A DNA stretch of 63,517 nt, the filler included, from Lenisia limosa (Eukaryota > Protista > Breviatea): assembly GCA_001655205.1 (NCBI GenBank). It is 7 parts of 7 records of this genome, joined end to end, with 100 filler letters (N's around TTAATTAATTAA, not from the genome) between each part and the next. Parts side by side here need not be neighbours in the genome. Positions count along the whole stretch, not along the records: positions 9,340 to 19,273 come from LPNZ01009801.1; positions 19,374 to 35,675 come from LPNZ01007319.1; 5 more parts are not named here. The stretch is one strand, 5' to 3'. A model generated the notes under the pieces. That model was not told the DNA's origin, searched no databases, and was given only the letters and a program-made list of their open reading frames with translations. Each line of letters opens with the position of its first letter. The stretch's first letter is position 1. The translations under genes and the position numbers were made by a program. This document shows positions 12,601 to 26,400 of this stretch, piece after piece.

Positions 12601-15600
12601 AAACACCCATTCTCATCCCCCCCAACTATTCCAAGGATTTTGAAGGTTGACGAAGAGGTTTCATACCATGGGATTGCATGTTAACCAATACAAGCCCCCA
12701 ACAATCAGAATACAAGCCCCCAACAATCAGAATACAAGCCCCCAACATATCAGAATACAAGCCCCCAACATATCAGAACGCTTAGTGCTTCCAGCAAAAA
12801 TCACCAAGTTGGCCCGAAGTCTCCCTAGGTTGTTATTTCCTTGAGGGACACGGAAACGTGCATTAAGGCAAACAATTAAATTGAGACACGTTGAATTTTC
12901 ATGGCTGTTAATGAAAAAAGGAAGGAGTTTTCCAAGGCTCATCTTAGGAAAGAGTTACCCCCCCCCCCAATATGATACTACTCATTCCAGGCTTTTAACG
13001 AGCTTGTTAAGTAACAAACAGATGTCAACAAAGCACCTCCCCTCCAACCGGAGATATCTCGAGTCATCCTATCCAGTTCGGCCACTTTGTCGTCCAGGCC
13101 CTCCACGTGGTCTGATATTGCGCGCGCTCGCGACGCCAAAACTGGCGTACTTGCTGTGGCCTCCGAAAGCAGGTGGCTCTGAATGGTGAGATATATCTGT
13201 CCAAACGCCTTTCCCTCTCATATCAAGCATCACGCCTTCGTACCTTGCCGAATGGGCACTCGAGGGGGAGCAGTTCGGTGGGAGTGGACGTGAGAAGCTC
13301 AGTCAGTTGTCTGTCCGTTTCATCTAGGGTATCAGAAGGAAGGGCCGAAATGGGCATGAGAAGGAAGGGCCGAAATAAGGTACAACAAAAACAAAAAAAG
13401 AAGGTTTGTCAGTGACACAAATGATCGAATAAGGATGGTGATGGGGGTAAAACACCATCATTCATGAAGAACTGTTCAATTCAAGTGTTGATAAAAAGTT
13501 TGTAATGAGTTGATCCTGAACCTCACCAGCGTTGGTGAGCACGGAGTCAATTTGGCTGAAGATAGCCTCAGTTTCCACCAGTTCAGTTTCCACTGCCGCC
13601 GCCGTCATAGGCAAACGTCGAGCGTACTGGGAGGGGGAGTAAAACGAAGGAAATTTCAAGAATATTGGCGTAAAGGTACTAATCACGGGGAAATGTTAAA
13701 AAATCTGACTTATTAACGGTCTGTACTGGAGGGGGGATATGGAAAATTGAAACAAAAACCCAGAATCAACTCTTCTGGCTAAACATTTGAGAAACACATG
13801 AGTGTTTAAAACAATAAACAAAGCCCAGACCATTCGCTTCTGCAACCCCCTCATCAGGTGACTGCTAGCTAATAAACAAAGCCCACAGTAAAAACAAAGC
13901 AAACATGCACATCCCCCACCTGGGCAGCACTTTCCACGGCCATTTGAGCGGACTTGAGGCGACGACCTGCATCGTTGGATCTCGTCTGCTGCTCAGAAAC
14001 CTTGGTCTGGGGGGGGGGGTGAACAAGTAAACCTTATGAAACAAAAATCCCCCCCATAATTATCTCTTATGGTAGTGACAGAAGAAAAAGAGAGATATAA
14101 GAAAAGTGTTATTCTTCACATAGTACATTCTTCACATAGCACATTGAGATATTGAGAGAAAAGTGTTATTCTTCACATAGTACGTTGACTCATACTACAC
14201 ATCATATGTACTATATCATGATGATATACATAAGCACAGTAGAAGAGGATAATGCGCCCTATTACCATTTTAGCGGAGTAGGCAACTTCAAGAGTCTTTG
14301 GAAGCCCTCCCATAGCCATGTGCACAGTCTGAGGGAATTTAGAAAAAAGGGTTGATCCTCTGGACAAAATGTCAAACACAAGAAATGAGTTGAGCTCCGA
14401 TGGCTTATTCCTGTCAACCTGCAAGTGTTCAGCCAAGTAGTTCCAGGCCTTGGCAATGATACCCGAGGCCGCTATGACGGCCGGGATGGCGGCGTTGGCA
14501 TTGACGTCAGACTTGAGACGGTTGTAGGTCCGCGCCTTGTGGAAGGCTGAGGTCTGGGGCGGGTTAGATAAGTAGCATTGGGGGAAGTGGAAGAAATTAG
14601 AAGAATATGCACAAAGGAAGTGAACATACGAGTGGAATACTAAATATCATAAAAATAAATGATCAAAACGGACACTTTCAAAAAGAGTGGAGTGCGGCAG
14701 GGTGAGTACAACAAAATTGAGAAGCCATGCCTCGAGAAATCGCTGCAAATGATATCGAGTTTGGTGGCAGTGGGTGTGAATGGGAACAAAGCAAAAATCT
14801 GAATTCATATTTCCTCACTTTATCCGGGTGGACCAGTAGGGGCCGAGTGAGAGACGTCCAATCCCGAGGCATGCAGTTGGCAATGCCTGACGCCAGGGTT
14901 TGGAAAGTCGTAGGGTGCCCTCTCAGAAGTCCGAACGTGCGCTGGGGGGGGGGGGGGAAANNNNNNNNNNNNNNNNNNNNNNNNNNNNNNNNNNNNNNNN
15001 NNNNNNNNNNNNNNNNNNNNNNNNNNNNNNNNNNNNNNNNNNNNNNNNNNNGGGTGGTGTTATTGGCTTTTCCCCCTGCATGTATGGTGCTCAAACCGAT
15101 CCGAGAAAGTAGTTATCCACCAGTGTTGCAATTCAATAACAACCCTTCCTATTCCACTTGGTCTCTGTTGCATGCACCAAGTTCACACAACAGTCGCTGC
15201 ACCCCCCCCCCCCNNNNNNNNNNNNNNNNNNNNNNNNNNNNAAACAATATTCTGGGTAAGGCGGAATGGGACAACCTCCGGTGTCTGCGGGGGGGATGTC
15301 AAGGGATTTAACAACAAACAAACAGTAAAACCCACCGCTCTATGGGCTAAGTTACAATCTACTATACTATATCTTTATGTATATTATACTGTACATATGA
15401 TAGTATATTATAATTTACTTTTCCAATAGAGTATGAGAATAAGTTTGCTTACAAGTGTAATACGGGAGTACTGGATATAAACAAAAAAAAAAACAGAATA
15501 CAAGAAAACCTCGATGCCGGGGCAGGTGCACATTTTGATTCCGAGAAACAAAAGTAAATAGTGATATATTGTGTAAGTTCCAACAGCCTTAGTTTCAGAG

Positions 15601-18600
15601 CACATAGCATCTGCCGACCCTTCTGAGGTTTATGGAACTGTTGTTTAGCGTTGAGTACTACCGATTCTCCAAGAAGGACTGTCAAAAGTGACTACGACGA
15701 GGGCTATGAATATGGGCTGGTGATGGTGTACGTGGAGCTGGATTTCACGCCATGTCCTTCCAATGTTGATTCTCTACTCTTTCTCTCCGATAACTTTGAC
15801 TGCATGTTCAAATTTCTCAAAGAAAATTCTGAGAAACGTAAAACTGCCTTCACAAATGCCGGAAAGAAGTAGGTCGTTAATGTATTCTGTCTTCAACCAA
15901 TTTTGGGAAATTTCTGCTTATTGTGATATTTGATCGTACACTGGTGTACTGATGAACAAAAATTGTTATTACAAATCTCAAGCAATATATTTACTTAAAA
16001 CTTAGAAAAGGCAGCAACAATAACACCCGTTTGTTGTGTGACCCCCCTCCCCCAGCCATTGTGTAAATGCATCCTTTGGACTCTTCATCATCCAGCTCAA
16101 CCACTATAGTGACGCCATCAAACCTGCTGTTTCTGAGGTAACTCACGGCCGTGCTCCTGTTGTTCTTCCGATTCTTGCTCCACGGCCCTCTCCTCGGTTT
16201 CAATATTACGCACTCACCAAAATCCAACGACTGACACTTTCCACATCCAGATAATCGTCTCTTGTCCAACCCCATCTTTGTTACACCCTCCTCCGCACAT
16301 GTGACACTGATTTCAATCTTTCAATAATTTATTCCAGATTTCTCTTTTTGGAAACGGTTATCCCAATCATTATCTGTACGCTCTTAGGCTGACCAGCTTG
16401 CTCCCTCCAGTGCCAAAGAGGTCGTATCAACTTTCAACGAATGCCCGATTATGAATGAGGTGATGTTTCGTATATCATCTGATATGTTGTGTATGTGTGT
16501 GTGTGTGTGCTAAAGAAAGTTTATGAAACTCACTACCAAGAACCGCCAGGACTTCTTCATCTTTTTCATACCAGAAAGTGGTTATTGCAACTATTGTGGA
16601 GCCTGTCACAGCAAACACAGCGAAAGTGCATCATCATCACACTCACACTCCAGGTATCGGTCAGAGTAATTGGCGGCAGTAGGAATTGGTTAAAAATAAT
16701 AGTTTTTTGATAGAAAAAAAAAAAAAATCTGGCCCCGNNNNNNNNNNNNNNNNNNNNNNNNNNNNNNNNNNNNNNNNNNNNNNNNNNNNNNNNNNNNNNN
16801 NNNNNNNNNNNNNNNNNNNNNNNNNNNNNNNNNNNNNNNNNNNNNNNNNNNNNNNNCTTTAAAACGGAATCTAAAACAAGGGGAATTCACGATTTCTTTG
16901 TAAGTTGGTATTTATACGAAATGAAATATAAATTAAAACAGTAATAATATCATATGATATATACACTATAATTAATATTAAAAGTCACATAGTATATTAT
17001 CATGTATATTGTATCATATCGTATTATAGTATTATACGTATATTAGCAATACAGTTGATGCAAGCTCACAGAGAGTCGGAGGGCCCTGCCAAACGAAAGG
17101 TTGAAGTCAACATGGACTGCTTTACCTGGTGTGTCAGAAGGGAGATAAGATGCTCAATTGGAATCAAAGAGATTAGATACAATTCATGACTAATATGATG
17201 CTAACGTATCCTATGTGAAATAAGAGTAACATTATTCTATCCAAGGAAAGCAAACCAGTTGTCCTTTCGAGCAAGATGTTGTTCCGGTGCCTGTCTCCGA
17301 TGCGCAAGAGTGAGCCAACAGCTGCGGAGAAGCCTGATGACGTGGCAAAACTCTTGCGGAGGCCGAGCCAAGCAGATTGGCAGGGTGAAATACGCACAAG
17401 TTCACTGTAGGGTGTGAAGACGAAGGCTATACCGAGAGATGGTAGAACGCCGGTGAATTCAAAAAATCAACAAACTAGCATATGGAGAACAAGACACCCA
17501 CTCTCTAAGCTGGGTGCTACTTGTAGCTTCGACAAGCGTCTCGAAGACCTTGGTAAGTGCACCGGTAGGCCAAAGACGGCGCGGAGTGTTCTGTGACATT
17601 GGTAAGGTATGTGTGTTATTATATTGCTTCATAGATAATAAGCCTCAGAACAAAATTTCACTGGATTACGCAAGGCTTAATCAATTTTGGTTGTAGCCCC
17701 AAATACCATAGCGTCGAACGTGCCCTCTCCATACACGCTCATAACAGCAGCCTTGATTTGGGCGTTGGGTTGAGGGGGGTTCGCAGAATACTGAGGAAAT
17801 GAGTACACGCGAGGAAATTAATACTATTGGGCAATTTTTTTGAGCTCCTTTGTTACCTATTGAAAATTTGTTACCTAAAGAAAAAAAAAAACAGGGTAGT
17901 AGCAAAATAACAAAAAACAAAAACTTGGGAGAAAAAAGATGACCAAAGCCAAACATGTAATATAAGGGCCCACCCGGGTTGAGAGATGGTGGAGAGACGA
18001 CGTGCTTGAAATCCATTCGATCAGGCCACACGACGCGGTGATAGGAATAATCATGGGGGTTGTTGACGGATTATCAATAAAGCTAAGAGGTCATGGTGTA
18101 CCTGGCTTTAAGATATTGACATGCATGTATATGTGAGCAAAATGTGTCACGTGCTTGTAGTGAAAGAAACCATGAAATTCGGCCCCTCACCCAGCCCGTC
18201 GGAACAATCCACTTGTCTGTCGGAAGGCGTCGGAAATAATTTGGTCGGCCCGGGTATCGTCGTGTTTGACCAGGTACTCCCGGGTGGCACCCGATGACGT
18301 CACCATTGAGATTCTCGAGGGCCTTGTCAGGGTGGCCATCACTACAGCGCGGGGCTTCAGATTCTGTTTCGTCAAAAATTAGTTATTTATCATAAATAAG
18401 ATATGGAATATTTTCTTGTACTCAAATATGCGAGGGGAGGGGGGAGACATATTGCCAAAAATATTGTAAACGTGAGAATTACTTTGTCCACTATAGTCAT
18501 TTGTCTCAAAAAGAGATGAGTAACCCCTCACAATAATAGTTTCCCCCGGGTGTCCCGGTACAGGGAGTCCCTTGGCTGCGTCCGCTATTCCTGGAGCCAA

Positions 18601-19100
18601 TTTGCTGAGCTCGTACTCAGAGAACTGAGAGGGTTAGTGACGTTCTAGGAATTTGTTTTAACTGCTGTGATATGTAGAACAACAAACTACACATCAAATC
18701 AAAACCAATATTGATTGTGTTGTTCAATAGTAAGTCTTACAGCTCCTTTTACAACAACACCCCAAAAGGAAACATTATAAGAGTACCCCACACCCACGTT
18801 TCTATTGTACGTTTTGGCATCGACAGAGAGCTTAGCGAGTTTGGAGGTGATCAAGGAAAGCGTGGTTACGTTCTAAACCGATAAGGAGAGGATGTGAATG
18901 TCTGTTTAGGATGGAAAAGAATGATGATGAATTTGCGTGTTTAGGATGGAAAGGAATGATGATGAATTTGCGTGATAGACCAACCTCTTCATCATCAGTG
19001 GTAACAATAGTGGGTGTTTCGATGAGCAAAGCCTCAACAGCCTTGGGTGTAAGATACATGGCTTTCTGCACAAGAAAGATTGACAACATCGAGAAACCAA
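9669..19100 (-). CDS. SMG1: SMG1-like PI3K-related kinase (PIKK), partial at both ends
   Basis: Exons: YELSKLAPGIADAAKGLPVPGHPGETIIVRG (about 18630-18520); VVMATLTRPSRISMVTSSGATREYLVKHDDTRADQIISDAF; MIIPITASCGLIEWISSTSSL; AWLGLRKSFATSSGFSAAVGSLLRIGDRHRNNILLERTT|GKAVHVDFNLSFGRALRLS|TPEVVPFRLTQNIV; RTFGLLRG..PRDWT. Many helical exons follow down to 9669 with no FATC seen. TLTRP, PFRLTQNI, DWT and a long post-kinase insertion are SMG1 hallmarks. Confidence 0.8.
10441..10533. mobile_element. MITE family A (about 95 bp, TIR GGGCTTCACTTCGGTTCGAAAAA, TA-flanked). Other copies: 20196-20291, 23189-23249, 24992-25017 (right end only), 25663-25717, 27858-27945, 28708-28807, 33795-33894, 55142-55236, 56247-56344, 60551-60646, 60899-60998
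   Basis: Recurrent TAGGGCTTCACTT...AAGTGAAGCCCTA ends with a shared interior (gactgaatttctcgataaa.ctcgaaaactatcgatatttt). A TA target site suggests a Tc1/mariner-type non-autonomous element. Confidence 0.9.
12688..12778. repeat. 22-23-bp tandem repeat, 4 copies (aatacaagcccccaaca(t)atcag), in an SMG1-like intron
   Basis: Directly visible. Confidence 0.9.
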
Positions 19101-19373
19101 GATTGACAACATCGATAGTATCAAAACGTTTTAAGTAGTATATAAAGAGGCATCGTGATTTTGCTGAAATCAGCAACATCACCATGGCAAATTCCAATTC
19201 CAATTAAAATCCAAGTCTAATTTATAATACTTTTATTGTGAGAAAAAAAAAACAAAAAAAAACGGTTTACCCCNNNNNNNNNNNNNNNNNNNNNNNNNNN
19301 NNNNNNNNNNNNNNNNNTTAATTAATTAANNNNNNNNNNNNNNNNNNNNNNNNNNNNNNNNNNNNNNNNNNNN

Positions 19374-21545
19374 GGTCGCAGTGAAGAGGCGGTAAAACTG
19401 ATGACATGCAAATCCGAAGAGACCAATGGTAAAGCCTTTGTTGTCATCAAAACAAAAGTATTTGCACCATCACGCTCCAAATAAGACCAGGAAGTACTCA
19501 TCTCTTCAGTTGTTTTACAACTATGGTGAAAATTATTAAAGTGCAGCTAATTTCTGAATGAAGATCTCGATAAGTGTAGTCATCTGAGTTGAAAAATTGA
19601 TGCTAATGACAACTAACAGACCCTCTCACAGAAACACATGATGAAAAACAGTAGAAGAATTCCAGTGTACGGAATATCAACAAATATACGTGGGCTTTCC
19701 AGGGCTGTCTAAACAACGGCATTAATCAATGTTACATAAAAATGCTTTCCAAAATGCAGCCACACTGAAGTGACTGCTATTTTTTTTCAAAATTTTAAAC
19801 ACACAATCATGCTTCAAAAAAAAATTGTAAATGTTGAGAGATTCTATATAGAATTAATGCTTATCAATATTAGAAAGAACCGTACCCAAACATACGTGTA
19901 ATAATTGGAAGGTCAAGCTGGTTTCGAAGAAGCCAAGGAGTGATATGAGAACCAGAAATGAGAGAAACGCAGCGTAGTTATCCCCGCCAACACACCCTGA
20001 ATGGAATAAATCGGGGAAATGTGACAATGGCGGAATTGTCTCAAATCAAGAAAAAAAAAATTTTCTCTTTGTCTTTGATAATTGAAAGGACATTGTTTTA
20101 AAGTCAATCTTACCTCCCATCCACATGCAATGATGGTCCATAACGTTAACGCATCTTTGGCACCTGGAAATGTTACGAAAAAAACAAGTAAAAAATACGG
20201 CTTCACTTTGGTTCAAAAAAAGACTGAATTTCTCGATCCTTAAAAACTATCGATATTTTATCGGTATTTTTCGAACCAAAGTGAAGCCCAAGTAAGACTA
20301 CATATCAAACATATGGTCGAAGCTTTATCATCAGTAAAATGTTCTTGTTATGGTATCCCTGTGCACCATTGACTATCCTAAATTATATATAATTACTACA
20401 TGTATATTATACATATAGCTATATGTACGACATTCACAACACAAAGTAGGTGTACGGGGTGATTGTGTTATATGGACCTATATTTTAATATTTTTATTGC
20501 TATCAAATAAACATACAGTGAACAATGGTGTGAACGGGGCGGACGCGGTCCGCAGAAGCGGCATTCACTACTGGGTAAAAGAAAGGAGGAGATGGTCAAA
20601 GCACTCCACAGCATTACGCTCTTATGGGGAAATGAAAAAAAGAATACAAGCTATTATTATCTTCAAATCAGTCCACACCATTCCTTATGAAATGAAAAGA
20701 CTGTTTTGCATGTTTTACTTACCTTGGTTGGAAAACTGGCAGCACAGCAGCACTGGCAAGTCGAGAGCGAAGCTTGTTTTCCTAAAAAAAACTACTATTA
20801 ATTTTTGTAAACAATAGATGCTCAACCAAAAAATTGTTCCCTAACTAATGATAAACACAGTTCATACAAATTTCAATCCTTGGAGCGGGGAACCCGGGTC
20901 TGTAAAAGCCGCTAGCACCCAGGCAAAGACAGTCAAGATGAGCAGGACTATTATGAAAGCCGACTACATTGGCAGCGGTGAGTTGAATAGAAAATTGGAT
21001 GTGAAGTGTTTGGAAAAAATGGTGCAGGGGGAATTATAAAGATCTAACCAACTGGGTATAGTCTGAAAAAACTGTTGTTACCAGAAGAAATCACCGAAAA
21101 CAGCTTGCTAATGACTTGTATTTTATGGTGACACCTATTTATAAAGCATGTGCATTTTTATTCCCCCCCCCCCCCCCCNNNNNNNNNNNNNNNNNNNNNN
21201 NNNNNNNNNNNNNNNNNNNNNNNNNNNNNNNNNNNNNNNNNNNNNNGATCGGGTGGACCTGGTTGGTCAAAAATAGCAAGCCTGGTTATTGGTTCAGTTA
21301 GTCAACTACCGAACCAGAGTAAATGCAAATAGCCGAATGAATAGAAGACCAAATAATAATTCCACTTTCTCAAAAATGAGCTTATGGAATAAACACTCAA
21401 ATTATTGCAAAAACAGTTGTGAAAAAATGTGATGACACACTAAATAATTTCACTTCTTGTAGGTTCTCCAGACGTAGTGTAGCCAGCCCACCAAATGAGG
21501 TAGACGTTGAAGACAATGAAGAGTGGGAAGAAGATCCAGGAGGTG
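19374..21545 (-). CDS. DHHC-type palmitoyltransferase (multi-exon, partial)
   Basis: Spliced exons give LTVFAWVLAAFTDPGSP, ECRFCGPRPPRSHHCSL|CQRCVNVMDHHCMWMG|GCVGGDNYAAFLSFLVLISLLG and KTTEE (TTxE). All DHHC-CRD signatures are present. Confidence 0.92.
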
Positions 21546-21862
21546 ACTGACCAGAACTCAAAACGCCTCCGCTTCCTCCCCTGTGTGTAGAAATGAGAAA
21601 TAGAAAAGGAAGTATCTATTTGGAGAAGATATTAATATTAAGTCGCCAAAGTATAGGTTTTGACTGTGAAGCCAATGAAAAACAAAGAGTTAGTATTCAA
21701 ATGAAATCTACAGGCTATATATTTGAGATAAAGGCAGCAGAAAGGGGGGGGGGGTATTAGCAAAACAATAAGTCTGTATNNNNNNNNNNNNNNNNNNNNN
21801 NNNNNNNNNNNNNNNNNNNNNNNNNNNNNNNNNNNNNNNNNNNNNNNNNNNNNNNNNNNNNN

Positions 21863-21990
21863 TAAGAGACATTGGATTATAGTATCTGGCCGAAGCCGTC
21901 CACATCATCATACTTGTAAGAGATATTGGATTATAGTGTCTGGCCGAAGCCGTCCACACTATCATGCTTATAAGAGATATGGAATTATAG
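21863..21990 (+). repeat. Dispersed about 57-bp repeat family B (gtatctggccgaagccgtccacaccatca..aagagatattggattata), tandem here. Also 24088-24140 (+), 30312-30361 (-), 33989-34015 (+, degenerate), 62149-62202 (-)
   Basis: Near-identical copies on three scaffolds, in both orientations. Confidence 0.85.
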
Positions 21991-23460
21991 TATATGCATA
22001 TAATACTGAAAAAATTGATATTGTGATGAGTCAATATAAATCCCCCTTCAAACAGGGTGGAAAGACGAATGTGCATATAGGCTCTTTTTGGAGTCCAATG
22101 GCTCCGTGAGAACGTCCATTTTGAATAGTAAATATTACTGGGACTGAAGTGAAGACTTCTCTCCTGAGCCATAAAAGGCAACAAACACAACATACAATAG
22201 GAGATAAATGGTTGTTAAACTCAAATAGTACTATTAATTGTACTGTTTCACTAAATTATTTATATTACACTATGTATACGGCTTTCTCAGTGTAACCCCC
22301 ACGGAATACTGAAAACAGTGAACAAACAGGTTTTTATTACAATACCAGATATTAACTGAAAATACCAACCTGAGTCAATTTGCCATCAAGCTAAAAAACT
22401 GGAACTCCTTCACTTCACCAAGGTAAATGGACTGATGACTGAATCAAACAAGTTAAAAATGTTTGTCGAGATGAAAGGCAGTGGATCAAGTCAAAGTGTC
22501 AGTCTTTGGGATAGTCGTTATTGAAAGGGAGGTGCGTGGGAGATTCTAAAAGTGCTCTATTTCTCAGCCACCAGTCAAATACAAAATCAAAAAAAATATC
22601 GAGAAGAAAGAGGAATAGGAGAGGGATTTCAATTTTTCAATTCCACTCAAAAAGGTAGAAAAATGTAACAAATGTAATAAATATGCAACAGTATCTGGTC
22701 ATGAAAAACATGTGTAAAATATAAAAAGTAGAAAATAAAGTAGAGACGACAAGAGTACCCTCTACCCCAAGCATAGGTCACTAGTCATCTAATAGTCATC
22801 CCAGCATCAACAAGAACATCATGATAGAAGCTCCATTCCCACACTCGCCTCTTCCTTGACAATGCTTATCTGACGTCACCCCCTTTAAACTCTGGTTTGT
22901 TTGTGTTCCAATGGGGGGAGGGGAGAAAGGGATTCTTAGAAAAAAAGAAAGATATTGCCTGGGTTTTTGCAGGGAAAGCTTCCAGCCTCCTTCCCCCTCT
23001 CCATTGACCCCCCCCCCCTCTTTTTTTTTANNNNNNNNNNNNNNNNNNNNNNNNNNNNNNNNNNNNNNNNNNNNNNNNNNNNNNNNNNNNNNNNNNNNNN
23101 NNNNNNNNNNNNNNNNNNNNNNNNNNNNNNNNNNNNNNNNNNNNNNNNNNNNNNNNNNNNNNNNNNNNNNNNNNNNNNNNNNNNNNNNGGTAAATCCCCG
23201 AAAACTATCGATATTTTACCTGTCTTTTTCCAAACGAAGTGAAGCCCTTGACATGCTTATTGTAAACGTATTCAATTTATAAAATACAAAGTCAGAGTCT
23301 AACATTGAATGAACTAAGACGAACACAATGCTCCTTCTCCATTGCTTCTAATGCATGTTTTGATTGATGTACCAAAACAATTATTAACAGCTTTCCTGCA
23401 TCATTTGCCACATCGTCAAGTGTTAACAGCCCTATAATTTTTCACCTCTCAGTTGTCTCA

Positions 23461-26400
23461 ATGCCCCGTGCTGCTACATTTCCCAATGTTTCAGGCTATA
23501 CTGGTAGACAGGGGAATGAAGGTTAATAGCTCGCGTAGTGTTGATTGTATTCGACAATAACAGTCCCAATCATCACGATTATAGAAGTTACTCTATTCGA
23601 GTATAATATTAGTTCACCCAATCATTTGCCTTACAAATCTGTGCTAACAGCTTTCTGCGTGCCTACATACAAGCCAGTTTATGTATTTCAGGCCACGCAA
23701 GTCCTTTTTCCACGATTTCCATTGACAGCTTCCAAAAGGGTGCTGACTTCTACTTTCTTTCACACTTCCACTCCGGTTGGTGGTACTTAGGGATAACCTC
23801 TTCAAAATTCTAGGGGTACCTTACTGATTTATTTGTCCCACTCTTGTTTGCTTCAATTCTGACACTCCTCAGACCACTATCAAGGTTTAACAGAATCTTT
23901 CCGGCAACCAATTTACTGCTCATTGATAACGTGGAAGCTGTTAGAAAACAAATTTAACGTAAGATGTTTTCCTGCACAAGGAAGGTGGTAAATTTTGATT
24001 GTTACATAATATGTAGATACTGCAATTTTTAATTTGTTTTGCTTCATGAGATATTTTAAATAGCAAAGAACAATAAAAATAAGGTTTTATCTGGCCAAAG
24101 CCATCCACACCATCACACTTTTAAGAGATATTGAATTATTCATTATGAGATATTATAGTTGACAGTTTAGCTGAAGTCCAGCCAACACTTTGCGATCGAG
24201 GAAGACCAACGCATTTCACTCAATGTCAATGGAGTCACTGTGATGGTTACTGGCCTCCCAGCATCTCATTGCCCGGGAGCTTTGGGGTGGGGTGGGCTCT
24301 AATAACGTTATCATGTTTTTGTGTATTTTTATTTTTGCATTAGGTTTTTTTTGTTGCATTAGTTCTTTATTTGGGGAATGACAGATTGGGGCTTTGGGTT
24401 TTGGAGTGGAGACGAGACGATATTGAGAAGGGTTGATGGAAATAGTTGGCAGGCTTTGCGACAATTTTTATGGGTTTGTGGTATGAATGCTCAGTTTTGT
24501 TTGAGGACTCAAGTTTTGTACGGTAAACTCTATTGAAATTGATATAATAGAGATTCGCTCATATTATTATCGTCTGAATTATCGTTCCATTCATCTGTCA
24601 CAGTCTGTTGATACTTAGTCTTTTTAATGATCAAGGTTTTTCATTGAAGGGTCTGAAACATCCATGATACACACAGGTAAGGAATCAGAGCTCCCCATAT
24701 TATGTCATAAATGAATTATTTTTCTATATCTTTTTTTTCTGCTTTCCATTTTCAAATCTGTATAAGGTGGTGCCTAAGAGCATCCACGAATGCTTATTCT
24801 TTGCAATTTAATATGGTGAAATACTTTGCATATCAAAATGCCATATGGATTATAAAATTATATCGATTTCGATCTGTATTATTTAAATATCACTTTTGTT
24901 TCACCTTCAAGGGGATTTCCGACTTACTGATTACGTTCTCAAGTTTTACGAAGGAAAATTCAAAACTAACAATGTTGGTGTGGAAAACACATTTTTTCGA
25001 ACCGAAGTGAAACCCTACTTGTATAACAGAATCAAGTTTGTCAAATATTGACTTTGTTCTATAATATCCTTGTTCAAAGGAGCCTTAATCATCTTTTAAG
25101 TAATTATAGTAGCATGGTTAATTTACTGTTTTTCAATAGAGTTGGTGTGGTGGTTTTGCTTTCAACATATATGCTACAAAGAAACAACTGAGGTTTCTCT
25201 AACACTCAAGGTGTCTGTTGACAACCTTTGTATTGATACCACATTCTTCAGTGCAAACTACACACATTTCCCGACTTTGGTAAGAGTGGATGAGAGTGAA
25301 AACTCATATTTTGGGAGCTGATATTGTAAAATGTTGATGTTCACGAAACAAGTTGTATGAAAATATTTTCTGGTTAGCTTCACCGATTTGGCAATTTGAT
25401 ATTAAATCCGGGAGTTGTAAAAAAAGCACAGTTTGTTGGGAACTCGGAAGGGAATTATAACAAAATCTAAGAGTACAATAACATTTCATACTGTACTGTC
25501 ACATTTACGATATGAACGTGTATTTTTGAGCTTACTTCATCAGACCCATTCCTACACTGTGATTATGAACTTCATTGCTGACCAGCTTACCAATCCGAAG
25601 GTGAGCTTTGTTCTTTTTTGATGGCATTGGTCATCATGTTAATTGAGATATAATGAGAAATAGTTTAGAAAATTTATCGAGAATTTCAGTCTTTTTTCGA
25701 ATCGAAGTGAAGCCCTATCTACAAAGAATAAATCTGGACGGATTTAAACATATTCTTAGTTGCAACCTCCCCTTCCAAATATCTAAATCATCTTTCTGAA
25801 TTTCAGCTCATCTTTCAGCGCACTATTGTTATGGAATGCTCTGTTCTGGGATCCGAGGAGATGCTCTATTTTATATGTAAAAATCTGAAAATTAAGGTAG
25901 GATTGGTTCCGTTGAATATTATATCATGATATATTCCTATTATATCATATATTATGATATCACATTCTCAGTCATATTACAATTGACCAACAAATCGGGA
26001 TAAAGAGTCATGTTTTATTCGTTCATTATTTTTTGACTCGGAAGTCGGATGCATAAATAATATTTACTCGTTAGCGTATACGACATAACATATTACCGTG
26101 ATGATAGTGTGTGTGTATGAAGGTTACTAATTAGAAATAATCCCAAGAATTCAAGAATGTTCCACTGGGGATATGATCACCTTGCCAAAACCTATACACA
26201 TCATGTTTACCACCCCAGATATATTTAAACGAGCAGCGTACACAGCGTTCGATAATGGCTTTTCCTCAACTGCTTCCATTTATCACGAATCAAAAAACAG
26301 TTGGCTTTAACCTCGGAAAATGGTTTTAATTTCACCATTTAACAGGGCTATACAAGGTTATTTATTTGGTTGATAATATAACTTTTTGATTCACTCTGGT

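Noticed and set aside
19400-19500. EYFLVLFGA*WCKYF as a thioredoxin-like selenoprotein with UGA
   Set aside because: There is no CxxC/U geometry, and another frame (CKTTEEMS) supplies the TTxE motif expected for the DHHC gene.
23640-23800. Minus-strand frame with two in-frame TAG codons suggesting stop-codon reassignment
   Set aside because: It is the antisense of the Artemis-like exons. eEF2 and the other genes read normally in the standard code.
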